Below are positions 19,970 through 29,077 of a stretch of DNA of 64,000 nt, one piece after another. Every line of letters begins with the position of its first letter. Positions within the stretch are counted from its first letter, which is position 1. The translations under genes and the position numbers were made by a program. Source of the stretch: a phage; sequence record PZ166176.1, one strand, 5' to 3'. A model generated the notes under the pieces. The model ran no database searches, was not told where the DNA came from, and saw nothing but the letters and a program-made list of their open reading frames with translations.

Positions 19970-22642
19970 ATGTTTCCAATTCCAATATTTACTATTATGA
20001 CCAGCACTGGTGTCGTTCCTCTGCCAGCAGGTATTGTTAAAAAAGTAATTACTTTAGATTACCCAGATAATGCTGGTAATTCTAACAGCAGTTTAGCAAT
20101 TTTGCTTAATGATGGTAGATTGTTTACTCAAGGCGCAAACCTCTTTGGTGAGATTGCAGATGGAACTCGTAGTGCACGATTCAATAATTTCCACTTAGCT
20201 TCTACTGTAGTAGCGGATGTGTTTACCGCAGATCGTTGTTTTGTTATTAAAACTAACAGTGGGGGATGGCAATATTCAGGATTGACAGCAGGGTTAGTAG
20301 GATCTATAGCAGCAGGTGGTACGGATGCATGTGTAACTACTTGGACCAGCTTTCCATCTGTAATAACAGGGACTATCTCTTTAGCCAATCTTAAAGAGGT
20401 TAAGGGAGGATATAACAACACTCTCTGGTTAATGAATAGTGGTGTTCTTTATGGATCGGGTCAAAACACAGTAGGTAGTTTAGGTGCAAGCACTACTAAC
20501 GAAGTTTCTACTCCTCGTCAGATAACAAGTTCAGCAGTTGCTTTTGATGCAGGTTACAACCAATGCTCTTATGTCAACAATGTGGGAACCTTGCGTGTTT
20601 GTGGAGCTAGTAAAGGTTTAGCAGGTAATAATAACACAACAACAGCTTTTGTCAATGCCAAGATATCCGCTACTGAAACAGTGTATGTCAAAGATTACAT
20701 CAATACAGTTTCCCAGACAATAGTTGTAGGAGATACCTCCGGTGGCACGGGTACAGTAAACTACTTATATGTCAGGTCTAATACAGAAACAACCTACACT
20801 AAACTGGATACCTTTGCAGCAGGTTTCTCAACATGGAAATTTCCACCAAGCCGCCACTCTTTTTTCGTTGGGATCAACAATTCCTTGTGGGCTATTGGTA
20901 AGAACTACACTGCAAACTTAGGTTTGGGGTATGATTCTGCGAGCGGAGATCCACTCCAAGTGGGAAAACCAGTTAAACCTGAAGGAGTGGGTTCTTGGGA
21001 TATAAACAAGCTCACAAGCGTTCATACGCTGAATATGGATATTACTAACCAATTAGGTTATCAAGGAACCTTTTTCGTTTATAACGGGGATATGTATTAT
21101 TCCGGTATTTGGAAAGATGGGAAAGCCTCGTATCTGTTCAACAGTGGTCTAAATTATAATAAATTCACACCGATAGCAAGCTCTGTGATTACGGGTGATA
21201 TTCTGGCAACTGGTTTAACTACAGATTCTTTAGGAATTTGTATTGTAGGTGGAACTAAACAGTTGACACATTCTGTTAGCCCAGAAGGAGGTAAACTTTT
21301 CAATATTAAATACACTTCTTCTGCCCCTGCAAACATGACAATATCATCCACTGGTTTAATGACTTTCCATGCAGAAGGTGGTTTTGATGCAGGTATGACA
21401 GCCTTAAACGCTGAAGGAACAACTTTATCAGATACCTCTGGAGGATATGCTTCAACATTGAGTGTTTACACCCCTAGCTTATCTGCGATGGATGTAGGAA
21501 CAACACAAACAATGGTAGCAGAAATAACGCCAACAGGAGCAGCAAGCTTACCTGGTATGGTTGTTGAGTATACAACTACAGATCCTAATGTTGCTACAGT
21601 AGATCCTACAACTGGTGTAATAACTGGTGTTGGTGATGGTGGTTGTAGAATTGGTTGCACAGCTACGTATCAAGGTGTTGTTACCGCTTCTGATAGTTCT
21701 TATTTAACGGTGAACGCTGTTGCGGGAAAGGAGTTAGCTCCATCTCCGAGTAGTAGTTTAACGGTTCTAAACGGATATTTCAACCACTCGGCAGATGGGG
21801 CAATTACGTTCCCAATTTTATCGGGTACTGTCACACCAGCTAACTTTGTAGTTAAGGTGGATGACGTTGTAATACCTTCAAATAAAGTAATATTTAGAAA
21901 TAAAGCTTTCTCTACAGTGGATAGTTATCCAGCAGGAGAATATAGACTGGCTATTGAATTTGCAAGTGCTTCAGTAGTGAATAGTGTTGATGTGTCTATG
22001 GAAGCAAATCCAGATCTTTTAGAATTATGGGGCGGCAACAGAATTGGTTATTCTACAAGCCCAGCCTCACAATTCTTAAAAGGTTGTGCTAACTTAAGAC
22101 GAATAACTTCTGATTGTTTTAGTAACACATCTTACACCGGAACATCTATAAGTGGTATCTTCTCTGGCTGTACAAGTTTGACAGCTATCCCTGAAGGATT
22201 ATTCAGTGATGCTTTATTTCCTTCAATGACAACAATGTCAAGCACGTTTGAAGGTTGTACATCTTTAACATCTATTCCTTCAGATTTATTTAAGAATCTA
22301 TCAAAAGTTACAAGATATTCTTACACCTTTAAAGATTGCACCTCTCTTGCAGAAGTTCCAGCAGGAATGTTTGATAATATTCCAACGAAAGTGACCTCTT
22401 TAACAGCTACATTCCAAGGTTGTTTAGCACTTACAGATTTTAATAAAATCTTTAATGACAACCCAGGGTTAACGGTTTGTGGTCAACGTGGAGCATTATC
22501 TTCTTTCTTTAGTGGATGCACAAATCTTACAGGAACAGGAGTAACATTAACAAGCACATTAGGTGGAGCAGCTAATAGTTACCTATTCAGGTATTGCACA
22601 AAACTTTCTGATTATAACAATATTCCTTCGGGTTATAAATAA
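19970..22642 (+). CDS. distal tail fibre / receptor-binding protein with Big_2-like domain and BspA-type leucine-rich repeats
   Basis: 890 aa; Big_2-like segment (MDVGTTQTMVAEITPTGAASLPGMVVEYTTTDPNVATVDPTTGVITGVGDGG); C-terminal repeats of F-x-GCTSLT-x-IP-x-x-LF. Confidence 0.55.
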   Translation: MFPIPIFTIMTSTGVVPLPAGIVKKVITLDYPDNAGNSNSSLAILLNDGRLFTQGANLFGEIADGTRSARFNNFHLASTVVADVFTADRCFVIKTNSGGWQYSGLTAGLVGSIAAGGTDACVTTWTSFPSVITGTISLANLKEVKGGYNNTLWLMNSGVLYGSGQNTVGSLGASTTNEVSTPRQITSSAVAFDAGYNQCSYVNNVGTLRVCGASKGLAGNNNTTTAFVNAKISATETVYVKDYINTVSQTIVVGDTSGGTGTVNYLYVRSNTETTYTKLDTFAAGFSTWKFPPSRHSFFVGINNSLWAIGKNYTANLGLGYDSASGDPLQVGKPVKPEGVGSWDINKLTSVHTLNMDITNQLGYQGTFFVYNGDMYYSGIWKDGKASYLFNSGLNYNKFTPIASSVITGDILATGLTTDSLGICIVGGTKQLTHSVSPEGGKLFNIKYTSSAPANMTISSTGLMTFHAEGGFDAGMTALNAEGTTLSDTSGGYASTLSVYTPSLSAMDVGTTQTMVAEITPTGAASLPGMVVEYTTTDPNVATVDPTTGVITGVGDGGCRIGCTATYQGVVTASDSSYLTVNAVAGKELAPSPSSSLTVLNGYFNHSADGAITFPILSGTVTPANFVVKVDDVVIPSNKVIFRNKAFSTVDSYPAGEYRLAIEFASASVVNSVDVSMEANPDLLELWGGNRIGYSTSPASQFLKGCANLRRITSDCFSNTSYTGTSISGIFSGCTSLTAIPEGLFSDALFPSMTTMSSTFEGCTSLTSIPSDLFKNLSKVTRYSYTFKDCTSLAEVPAGMFDNIPTKVTSLTATFQGCLALTDFNKIFNDNPGLTVCGQRGALSSFFSGCTNLTGTGVTLTSTLGGAANSYLFRYCTKLSDYNNIPSGYK

Positions 22643-22643
22643 G

Positions 22644-22668
22644 AAAAGGAGCCAAATGGCTCCTTTCT
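22644..22668. terminator. bidirectional terminator at the convergence of the + and - blocks
   Basis: AAAGGAGCC-AAAT-GGCTCCTTT hairpin with T-rich flank on the + strand, between convergent genes ending at 22642 and 22670. Confidence 0.65.
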
Positions 22669-22669
22669 T

Positions 22670-23164
22670 TTATTCAGCGTTCAACCCTTCCCCATGTTCT
22701 TGATGCCAAGCTTCATGGTGCAGAGGACACAGCCATAGAACATCTAACGGTTTATCATAATCACAATGATGAGCATGAACATCAACAGACCCACACACTT
22801 GGCAAGGTTGTTTTACTAACTTTCCATCTCGGAGTGCGTTACCTACAGCTATATGAGCAGAACGTTTTTTCGGATTCTTTTCGATGTAACGTTTCTTAGC
22901 TTCATTAGCCTTATCTTTACCTTTCCCTTTTGCGTAAGCCTCTTTCAAAGCTTTGCGCTCTGGGGTCTGATCTCTGCTTTTATCATACTCTTTGTAATAT
23001 TCAGATTTATCTTTACGATTCTGTTTAACATCTTTCTTATTACATTCCTTGCATTTATTGACGTGACCGTCAGCCATAGCTTTATGTTTGTAAAATTCAG
23101 TGAGGGGCTTTAACACCCCACACTTGAAACAAACCTTAGAAGCAATGCAGGAAGTTTCGACCAT
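22670..23164 (-). CDS. HNH homing endonuclease
   Basis: C-terminal CQVCGSVDVHAHHCDYDKPLDVLWLCPLHHEAWH is an HNH motif; N-terminal Cys pairs (CFKCG...CKEC). Start moved to the internal ATG (MVETS) because the track start runs far into the SSB gene. Confidence 0.6.
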   Translation of the reverse strand: MVETSCIASKVCFKCGVLKPLTEFYKHKAMADGHVNKCKECNKKDVKQNRKDKSEYYKEYDKSRDQTPERKALKEAYAKGKGKDKANEAKKRYIEKNPKKRSAHIAVGNALRDGKLVKQPCQVCGSVDVHAHHCDYDKPLDVLWLCPLHHEAWHQEHGEGLNAE

Positions 23165-24068
23165 ATTGCAGTCCAATAGGGGCAAATGGAATATCATCAT
23201 CGAAGTCCATTGGAGGTTCTTCTTGATTACTTGGAGTTGGTTCTGGTTGTGGTTCAGGCTTCTTAACTTCTTTCTTCTCTTCTTTCTTAGGTTGTTCTGC
23301 GGAACCACGGATGGCAGCAGCAACTTTATCAGACAGAGCCAGAACTTTACGAGCAGAGTCAATCAGATCTTCTACAGATACAGTCTTAATGGTATGGTCT
23401 TTACAAGCATTGAGGATAGCGTGACCAACAGATGCCCCAAGATCATAATCATTAATATCAACGCCACGAGATTCAGCAATTTCCGATTTCAGTGTGACAG
23501 TTGCAGATTGAACAACCCCAGCGATATCGAAAGCATCGCCTTTAACACCATTACGAATCAGTTCCAGTGCACCATTTACTGCGTGACCAGTTTCCAGACC
23601 TACAGTATCACGTTTTTTATAGGATTGCTTAGGAGCAGCATCGTTGGAACCTTTATTGCCAGAAGATTTGTTAGACTTCTGAACACCATCGGTAGACAAT
23701 ACTGTAATACGAGATTTTTTAGTATTGTAGTAAGTTTTACCGCCTTTATTATCAACGCGATCAATATCAATACTTACTTCTACACCTTTTTCAATAGTGA
23801 TCCAATTATCACCTTCTTTGACTTGCAGGTTTTCATAACCTTCTTTCAGTTCAATGTCACCAAGAGAAATCCAAACACCTTTCTCATCTGGTTTAGCACC
23901 TTTCTCTTTCAGAACAAGAGAAGCTCGGTGAGTTGAAACAATCGTTTTTCCTTCCCAATGAAAAGTTTTAGGTTCAGCGAATTTATCCAGTTTAACGTAG
24001 TCTACGATACCAGTTGCATAAGTTACGGTTTTGCCTTTACGATCAGTTTCAGTATTAATTACGGACAT
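23136..24068 (-). CDS. ssb: single-stranded DNA-binding protein (SSB-like), C-terminally extended
   Basis: 310 aa; Pro/Glu/Lys-rich linker then MDFDDDIPF, the acidic tip of bacterial-type SSB, followed here by 15 extra residues (APIGLQYGRNFLHCF). Confidence 0.55.
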   Translation of the reverse strand: MSVINTETDRKGKTVTYATGIVDYVKLDKFAEPKTFHWEGKTIVSTHRASLVLKEKGAKPDEKGVWISLGDIELKEGYENLQVKEGDNWITIEKGVEVSIDIDRVDNKGGKTYYNTKKSRITVLSTDGVQKSNKSSGNKGSNDAAPKQSYKKRDTVGLETGHAVNGALELIRNGVKGDAFDIAGVVQSATVTLKSEIAESRGVDINDYDLGASVGHAILNACKDHTIKTVSVEDLIDSARKVLALSDKVAAAIRGSAEQPKKEEKKEVKKPEPQPEPTPSNQEEPPMDFDDDIPFAPIGLQYGRNFLHCF

Positions 24069-24084
24069 TATTATCTCCTCTACA

Positions 24085-24477
24085 TTACATTAATTTTGCA
24101 CAGAAAGAGCGGAGTCTTTCCATATCATCTTGCTCTAACAGGTATTTACCTTTACCTATTCCAACTCCAATTTCACCATTAGGGAAATGAACTATTTGCA
24201 CTGGAAAACCTCCGAGTTTAATTGTGGCAGCTTTGCCTTCTTCGTCTATAACGTTTCGGATTGTATCTTGCAGTGAAATGAATTCTTTGTTTGTAACAGT
24301 GGTTTCAATTATTTCAGATGTTTCAACACGAGCAGTTAGCTTCTTGTTTCCACCTTGAATAACCAAAATTTGAAAATAAAAAGAGTTGTCAAGACCTATA
24401 ACATTTTTCTCAACTAGTGTCAAACTGGTATAGTTTCCATAAACAGTTTCAACAGCTATCTTAGAACGTTCAGTCAT
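24085..24477 (-). CDS. hypothetical protein
   Basis: 130 aa ORF with RBS in the co-directional early block. Confidence 0.45.
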   Translation of the reverse strand: MTERSKIAVETVYGNYTSLTLVEKNVIGLDNSFYFQILVIQGGNKKLTARVETSEIIETTVTNKEFISLQDTIRNVIDEEGKAATIKLGGFPVQIVHFPNGEIGVGIGKGKYLLEQDDMERLRSFCAKLM

Positions 24478-24522
24478 TGAATGCTATCCTATCATAAAAT
24501 GTTTAATATTGTCAAGCTTTAA

Positions 24523-25116
24523 TTACCAAGGAATATCATCTTCTTCCAATCTGGCATCTACTTTAGGTGGACGTGGAACCTTAACCTCTTTCACAAAACG
24601 AAGATATGGGAAACGTGTAGCAATTTTAATAACATGTTTGGCATCTTCTCTAACATCTTTGTGCAAGAAGCAGATCCCTGTTTCCAAGGTTGTTTCAAAA
24701 TCTTTAGAATAATAACAGTCCTTCCCATCAAATGCAGCCTGGCAGATGGACAGATCGAACTCATTTAGAAAGGTTGTCATTACGCTTGGTTCCATAATCA
24801 TAAGGTTGCAAAGCTGACCATCACGTTCAAACTCAAAAACGTGTTTAAGACCAGTAACACCTTCATAATTGTCAGAAGCCTCTTTGTTTCCTAGTTTACG
24901 AATATTGGTTCCCATTAAAGCAGATGCAATTAATCCTTGTATTTGTTCTTCAGTCTGATGTGCAGGAAGGGATGTATAGAAATCCAGATCACGTCCAGCA
25001 ATATCAAGAATACGCCAATCACGAACAGCACCGCCAGCCAAGACAGAATTAGGATCAGCGATCTTTAATACGGTAAGAATCTCTTTGGCAATATTGATTT
25101 GTTTTGATTTAGTCAT
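24523..25116 (-). CDS. minimal Pol-beta superfamily nucleotidyltransferase (tRNA-NT head-like)
   Basis: LAGGAVRDW then DLD 13 residues later gives the GG-x(13)-DxD nucleotidyltransferase signature; GGAVRD matches the CCA-adding / poly(A) polymerase head. C-terminus ends EEDDIPW. Confidence 0.5.
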   Translation of the reverse strand: MTKSKQINIAKEILTVLKIADPNSVLAGGAVRDWRILDIAGRDLDFYTSLPAHQTEEQIQGLIASALMGTNIRKLGNKEASDNYEGVTGLKHVFEFERDGQLCNLMIMEPSVMTTFLNEFDLSICQAAFDGKDCYYSKDFETTLETGICFLHKDVREDAKHVIKIATRFPYLRFVKEVKVPRPPKVDARLEEDDIPW

Positions 25117-25327
25117 TGATACGCTCCACAGTTACTTTTACAACATCGTCCATATTAATCTCATCCCCCAAGACCTCAATAACACCTTCCTCATAAAGTC
25201 GAGCACATTCTTCCCACACTTCAGCTTCCGTCATTCCACCTGCAATCTTATTTGCAAGACCTTTAATAACATCTTCATTTTGTTCATCAACAAGAATTGA
25301 AACATTAAAGCTCACTAATTTACGCAT
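25109..25327 (-). CDS. hypothetical small acidic protein
   Basis: 72 aa ORF; RBS GGAGAAAACA upstream of the ATG. Confidence 0.45.
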   Translation of the reverse strand: MRKLVSFNVSILVDEQNEDVIKGLANKIAGGMTEAEVWEECARLYEEGVIEVLGDEINMDDVVKVTVERIND

Positions 25328-25337
25328 TGTTTTCTCC

Positions 25338-25505
25338 TTATACTTCTAAACGGAAAGTTTCTTTAGATACAAAATCGTATCCACCTTTTTCAAGCCAGTT
25401 ATTGTAAACCTCATCGGCTTGAGACTCTATCATAAAATACCGAGTGGTAACTTCGTCTCCGACAATACGCACAATTTTATAGCAAATCATGATACCATTT
25501 CCCAT
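25338..25505 (-). CDS. hypothetical small protein (55 aa, not in ORF track)
   Basis: My translation of the gap: MGNGIMICYKIVRIVGDEVTTRYFMIESQADEVYNNWLEKGGYDFVSKETFRLEV; GGAGGAAG RBS; TAATG overlap with the upstream gene; fills the gap exactly. Confidence 0.4.
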   Translation of the reverse strand: MGNGIMICYKIVRIVGDEVTTRYFMIESQADEVYNNWLEKGGYDFVSKETFRLEV

Positions 25506-25696
25506 TAATCTTCCTCCAGATCAATTTCATTGTAACAATGTATGCAGAAACCATCATTGTGCATATGTTGTTCATAAGACATATCTTTACCACAAGACCA
25601 ACAACGGATATCCCCATCGTCCCATTCACGTTCTTCTTCACCTTCAAATTCATCTGGTAGGTAAGGCATACCAAGACAATCTAAATCGTAATGCAT
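25505..25696 (-). CDS. small zinc-ribbon protein
   Basis: 63 aa with CWSCG...CIHC cysteine pairs; AGGAGG RBS. Confidence 0.5.
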   Translation of the reverse strand: MHYDLDCLGMPYLPDEFEGEEEREWDDGDIRCWSCGKDMSYEQHMHNDGFCIHCYNEIDLEED

Positions 25697-25703
25697 ATCT
25701 CCT

Positions 25704-25728
25704 CCTATAAAGGGGCAGAAGCCCCTTA
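25704..25728 (-). terminator. terminator candidate downstream of the DNA polymerase gene
   Basis: AGGGGC-AGAA-GCCCCT hairpin between 25745 and 25696; T-tract is weak. Confidence 0.4.
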
Positions 25729-25744
25729 TAAAACAATGAGTTAA

Positions 25745-28700
25745 CTAGTGACAGGACGCCCAGGAATTACCCACATCATACCCAGCAGTAAGCTGAACAT
25801 TAAGATTGTAAAATTCTCCAGCCTTAGTAACAGCTAAAGCAGCAAGTTCACCTGCCCGACTATAAGCTGTAAACCATCCACCTTTGGGAGATTCATGAAT
25901 GTTAGCCCAAATTTGCCCTGTCTCTTTTTCCTTATTATGCTTCCATTCTTCGACTTTAGCAAGGCATTCTTTATCAATTTTCTTTTGTTCTTCAGGATCG
26001 TCTACTTTCTTCCAACCTAATGATTCAGGTGAAAACCATTTAAATTCTACAAGGTTACGAGAAACTTCAAGCTGGGCTTCATCGTGATATGCAATCATTT
26101 GTTGCACGAAATCTTTATTCTTCCAGTCATCTTTAAAGAAGTCAACACTTAGCCCTTCTTCTTCGATCATGTCATCATAAATAACCATTGCACGTTTAGC
26201 ACAGATAACCCCACCGCTTTGGAACAGAGAGTTAAGAATCGCGTGAGCAGAACGAGTAGGAACCTTACGACCGTCAATACCCAAAACATATTGTTTACCA
26301 GTCTTAACCCAGAAATCGTTTAAACGTTCTTTAAGACGCGCCAATGGGAATGCAGCTTCCCAGAAAGCATCGAACACCAATTGCCCTGTAAACTTGTCGC
26401 TACCAATTGTTTTAGCAACCTTGTCGGCTTGTGCACCATAGGTAATACCATACTTAACAGATTTAGCAGGACTACGTTCAAATTTACGTCCAATAGTTTC
26501 AGTGATACGTTTTGCCATCATTGTGTGAACATCATTAGGTTTCTCTAACAACAGAGCGTTACAATATTCGTGTGGCTCCGGCTCGTACCGCCAACAGTTT
26601 CCTGTGATGGTAATGCAGTCTTTCTGACGCATGACCCACGTACCAAGTTCTGTTTGTGGACACCAAACATCCTCTACACCCCACTCTTCAATAGTCAAAC
26701 TTTGAACAGGAATGTGAGAGCGGTTAGTCAATGTTGCCACTTTTACTTTCTGCTCTTTTGTATTGAAAGCTACAGAGATATTGCCTCCATGCACCAGGTA
26801 CGAGGCAGTTAAAGCTGCTTCAAAAAGTTCACCTGGGTTCTGCGCCCAACGCCAAACAGGTTTTTGTTTATGTTCGTGCCAGTAACCATCTGCAATCAAG
26901 AAACCTTCCAAGAAAGCTACACGCTCGGCATGAGACATATTAACTACACGTTCTACCCACGGAACATCCCATTTACCTTGTTGAACAGAAGTTAAACTAT
27001 TTACCTGATCTTGTTCCATGTTAAATGGAGCATTACAAATAATGTTATCTCCTGTGCAAAGCTCGGCAGTTGTTCTGACTTTAGGCACATAAGTATTCCC
27101 TTTACTACGGGTATTAACATACCAACGGTGATCTGCTGTTGCACGGTAAGTGTGTGATTTCCCTTTAATCTCAAACGTCTTACTATTTTTATAGAAGACC
27201 TTACCTTTTACTTTAGTCCATTCTTTCAGACCTGTTTCAGCATTGTACCCTAAAATCTCATCCCCTTCCTTCAGGTCGTGATATCCTACCCAACCTTTAC
27301 GAGTCAAAGCTTGAGCATCCATCGGCACACAGTAATGCGATTCAATTTTTGCTTCCAAAGAGTCGAAGTCGTAGCCAATCTGGAAGTATTTAGGAACTTC
27401 TACACCAAACAAGTTACGCATCTCCCATCCAAACAAAGATGTGACACGAGGAATATTAGCTACAGATCTATGCTTCATACGAGAGGTTGCAGCATCACAT
27501 GTAGCGGCTGGGGTAGGAATACGCCCATCCGCCCTTACTGCGGCTAAGAAACCTTTATCGTATTCTTGATCTTCTTCATCTTCTTCCCAATCGGCACCGC
27601 CACCTAAAATAGAGTTCCTACGATGCTTATACGTTAAGTATTCTACAATCTGTGTAGCATAAGGAAACTTCTCACCCAAAGCTTGCAGGTTAGGACAAAT
27701 TTCTTTTTCCTGACCTTTGGTAAAACACGGGTTAGTCAATACTTTAAGACCGCGACCTTTACCTTTTGCTATACGCTCTTGAATCTTCCTTTCCAGGGTT
27801 TCCGGTGTGCACTCCAGATGATCACAACGATCCTGACAAAAATTAGAAGATAGGGTTTGCTCAACGTAAGCTCGAATACCTTTCTGAAGTTCTTCCTCGC
27901 TCTTTTTAATTTTGGTGCCAGATTTAAGCGTCAAGTCTTTATCTTTATATTCAGACGGTACCCAACCTAATCCTACGAGCCAGTTTTTAATATGGGTTGT
28001 ATCGTTCAATGTTGCAGGGATGTTAGGATCACATAGAGGCTCATCTGCTGCAACTGGTAGTTTCCACTCTTTCCCCAACATAACTAACCACCAATCGCCA
28101 TCCCTCTCTTCCAAATGACCATCATGTTTCTTAGCAAAATTGATCATATGGTTAGTTGGCTCTAAGTTCTTTTTAATTTGCAACTTAGGTGGAATAAAAG
28201 CCTTAAGATAACCTTTTGTTGCTGGTTTAGGTGGCAAAATAGGCTCAACGAGTAAACGAAGACGCTCCATTTCTGCATCCAAAAAAGCAAGGTTCTCTTC
28301 TGCTTGCTTCATGTTAAAAGCAAACCCACGGTGTTCCTGGCGTGTAATAATGTCTGCTACACGTTGTTCAAGTTCAAACGGACCTTCCCATTTATCATAA
28401 TCACCCCATTCTTCCATAAGGTAATTATATACGCTCGTATTGGCTTTGTTGTCATAGATACAGTAATAAAGCATGTCCGCAGCAAAAGTCTTAAATCGAT
28501 CCTCTTCTGGAATCTCTTTACGGAAATCTATTTTTACATCACCACCTGCCTTTCGAGAAAGTGCTGCCAAACTATGTCCTGATTTGCCCTCAATCTTTCG
28601 ATCTGGGTTTAACACTTTACTCAAAATCAAGGAGTCAATAAGTTTTACCTTATTTTTGCCCCACGTGTTATATTTAACACTGTAATCTAAGCCATAAAAC

Positions 28701-29077
28701 AGTTTTGTAGCCAACCAGTCGTAGTTGATACCGTTGTGAGCCACAGCCATTTCAACCAGATATTCAGGCTTATCTTTAAAATAACCTTCATGATTAATAA
28801 AGTCTGGGAAATCTTTTAGTTGAAAATGTGTGTAATCTTGCGCCACATACTCTTTAAGAACATATGTGTATTTGCCATCTGACTCTTCATAAGGACGCCC
28901 ATCAAAGATGTATTTAGGACCATCGTGGAAAGCTACTATTTCTCCTGTTTCATGGTTCTCTAAGACAATACAGTGCATTTGAAATGTGTCTTTGAGACGA
29001 TAAGGACTAGCTAAATAATCAATAGTGTCATTATTCAACAATCCGTTTGCTTCAATATCCCATGTAAACTTACTCAC
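25745..29077 (-). CDS. family A DNA polymerase (T7/Pol I-like) interrupted by an intein
   Basis: 1110 aa; exonuclease motif WDIEANGL; motif A YDFDSLEAKIESHY; motif B RSPAKSVKYGITYG; motif C YHDEAQLE; about 245 extra residues lie between motifs A and B. Confidence 0.85.
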   Translation of the reverse strand: MSKFTWDIEANGLLNNDTIDYLASPYRLKDTFQMHCIVLENHETGEIVAFHDGPKYIFDGRPYEESDGKYTYVLKEYVAQDYTHFQLKDFPDFINHEGYFKDKPEYLVEMAVAHNGINYDWLATKLFYGLDYSVKYNTWGKNKVKLIDSLILSKVLNPDRKIEGKSGHSLAALSRKAGGDVKIDFRKEIPEEDRFKTFAADMLYYCIYDNKANTSVYNYLMEEWGDYDKWEGPFELEQRVADIITRQEHRGFAFNMKQAEENLAFLDAEMERLRLLVEPILPPKPATKGYLKAFIPPKLQIKKNLEPTNHMINFAKKHDGHLEERDGDWWLVMLGKEWKLPVAADEPLCDPNIPATLNDTTHIKNWLVGLGWVPSEYKDKDLTLKSGTKIKKSEEELQKGIRAYVEQTLSSNFCQDRCDHLECTPETLERKIQERIAKGKGRGLKVLTNPCFTKGQEKEICPNLQALGEKFPYATQIVEYLTYKHRRNSILGGGADWEEDEEDQEYDKGFLAAVRADGRIPTPAATCDAATSRMKHRSVANIPRVTSLFGWEMRNLFGVEVPKYFQIGYDFDSLEAKIESHYCVPMDAQALTRKGWVGYHDLKEGDEILGYNAETGLKEWTKVKGKVFYKNSKTFEIKGKSHTYRATADHRWYVNTRSKGNTYVPKVRTTAELCTGDNIICNAPFNMEQDQVNSLTSVQQGKWDVPWVERVVNMSHAERVAFLEGFLIADGYWHEHKQKPVWRWAQNPGELFEAALTASYLVHGGNISVAFNTKEQKVKVATLTNRSHIPVQSLTIEEWGVEDVWCPQTELGTWVMRQKDCITITGNCWRYEPEPHEYCNALLLEKPNDVHTMMAKRITETIGRKFERSPAKSVKYGITYGAQADKVAKTIGSDKFTGQLVFDAFWEAAFPLARLKERLNDFWVKTGKQYVLGIDGRKVPTRSAHAILNSLFQSGGVICAKRAMVIYDDMIEEEGLSVDFFKDDWKNKDFVQQMIAYHDEAQLEVSRNLVEFKWFSPESLGWKKVDDPEEQKKIDKECLAKVEEWKHNKEKETGQIWANIHESPKGGWFTAYSRAGELAALAVTKAGEFYNLNVQLTAGYDVGNSWASCH
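26597..27331 (-). mobile_element. intein (Hint domain with LAGLIDADG-like motif) inside the DNA polymerase gene
   Basis: Residues 583-827: begins with Cys right after motif A, block-B-like TADH, FLEGFLIADGY (LAGLIDADG-like), ends ITGN followed by Cys +1; flanking sequence restores normal motif A to motif B spacing. Confidence 0.6.

Noticed and set aside
22853-23113. 86 aa + strand ORF overlapping the HNH gene
   Set aside because: Antisense shadow of the HNH endonuclease gene; Phe/Ile-rich, no RBS.
22670-23362. Track start of the HNH ORF (230 aa from 23362)
   Set aside because: The first 66 codons overlap the SSB gene in another frame and translate to a hydrophobic Leu/Lys-rich peptide; the internal ATG at 23164 gives a compact HNH protein, so the shorter start was preferred.
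23100-23936. 278 aa + strand ORF antisense to the SSB and HNH genes
   Set aside because: Low-complexity, Phe/Leu/Trp-rich translation with no RBS or motifs, opposite a minus-strand ORF with clear SSB features; typical shadow ORF.
25899-28685. Several 60-90 aa + strand ORFs within the DNA polymerase region
   Set aside because: All lie antisense inside the 1110 aa polymerase ORF, which carries exonuclease and motif A/B/C signatures.
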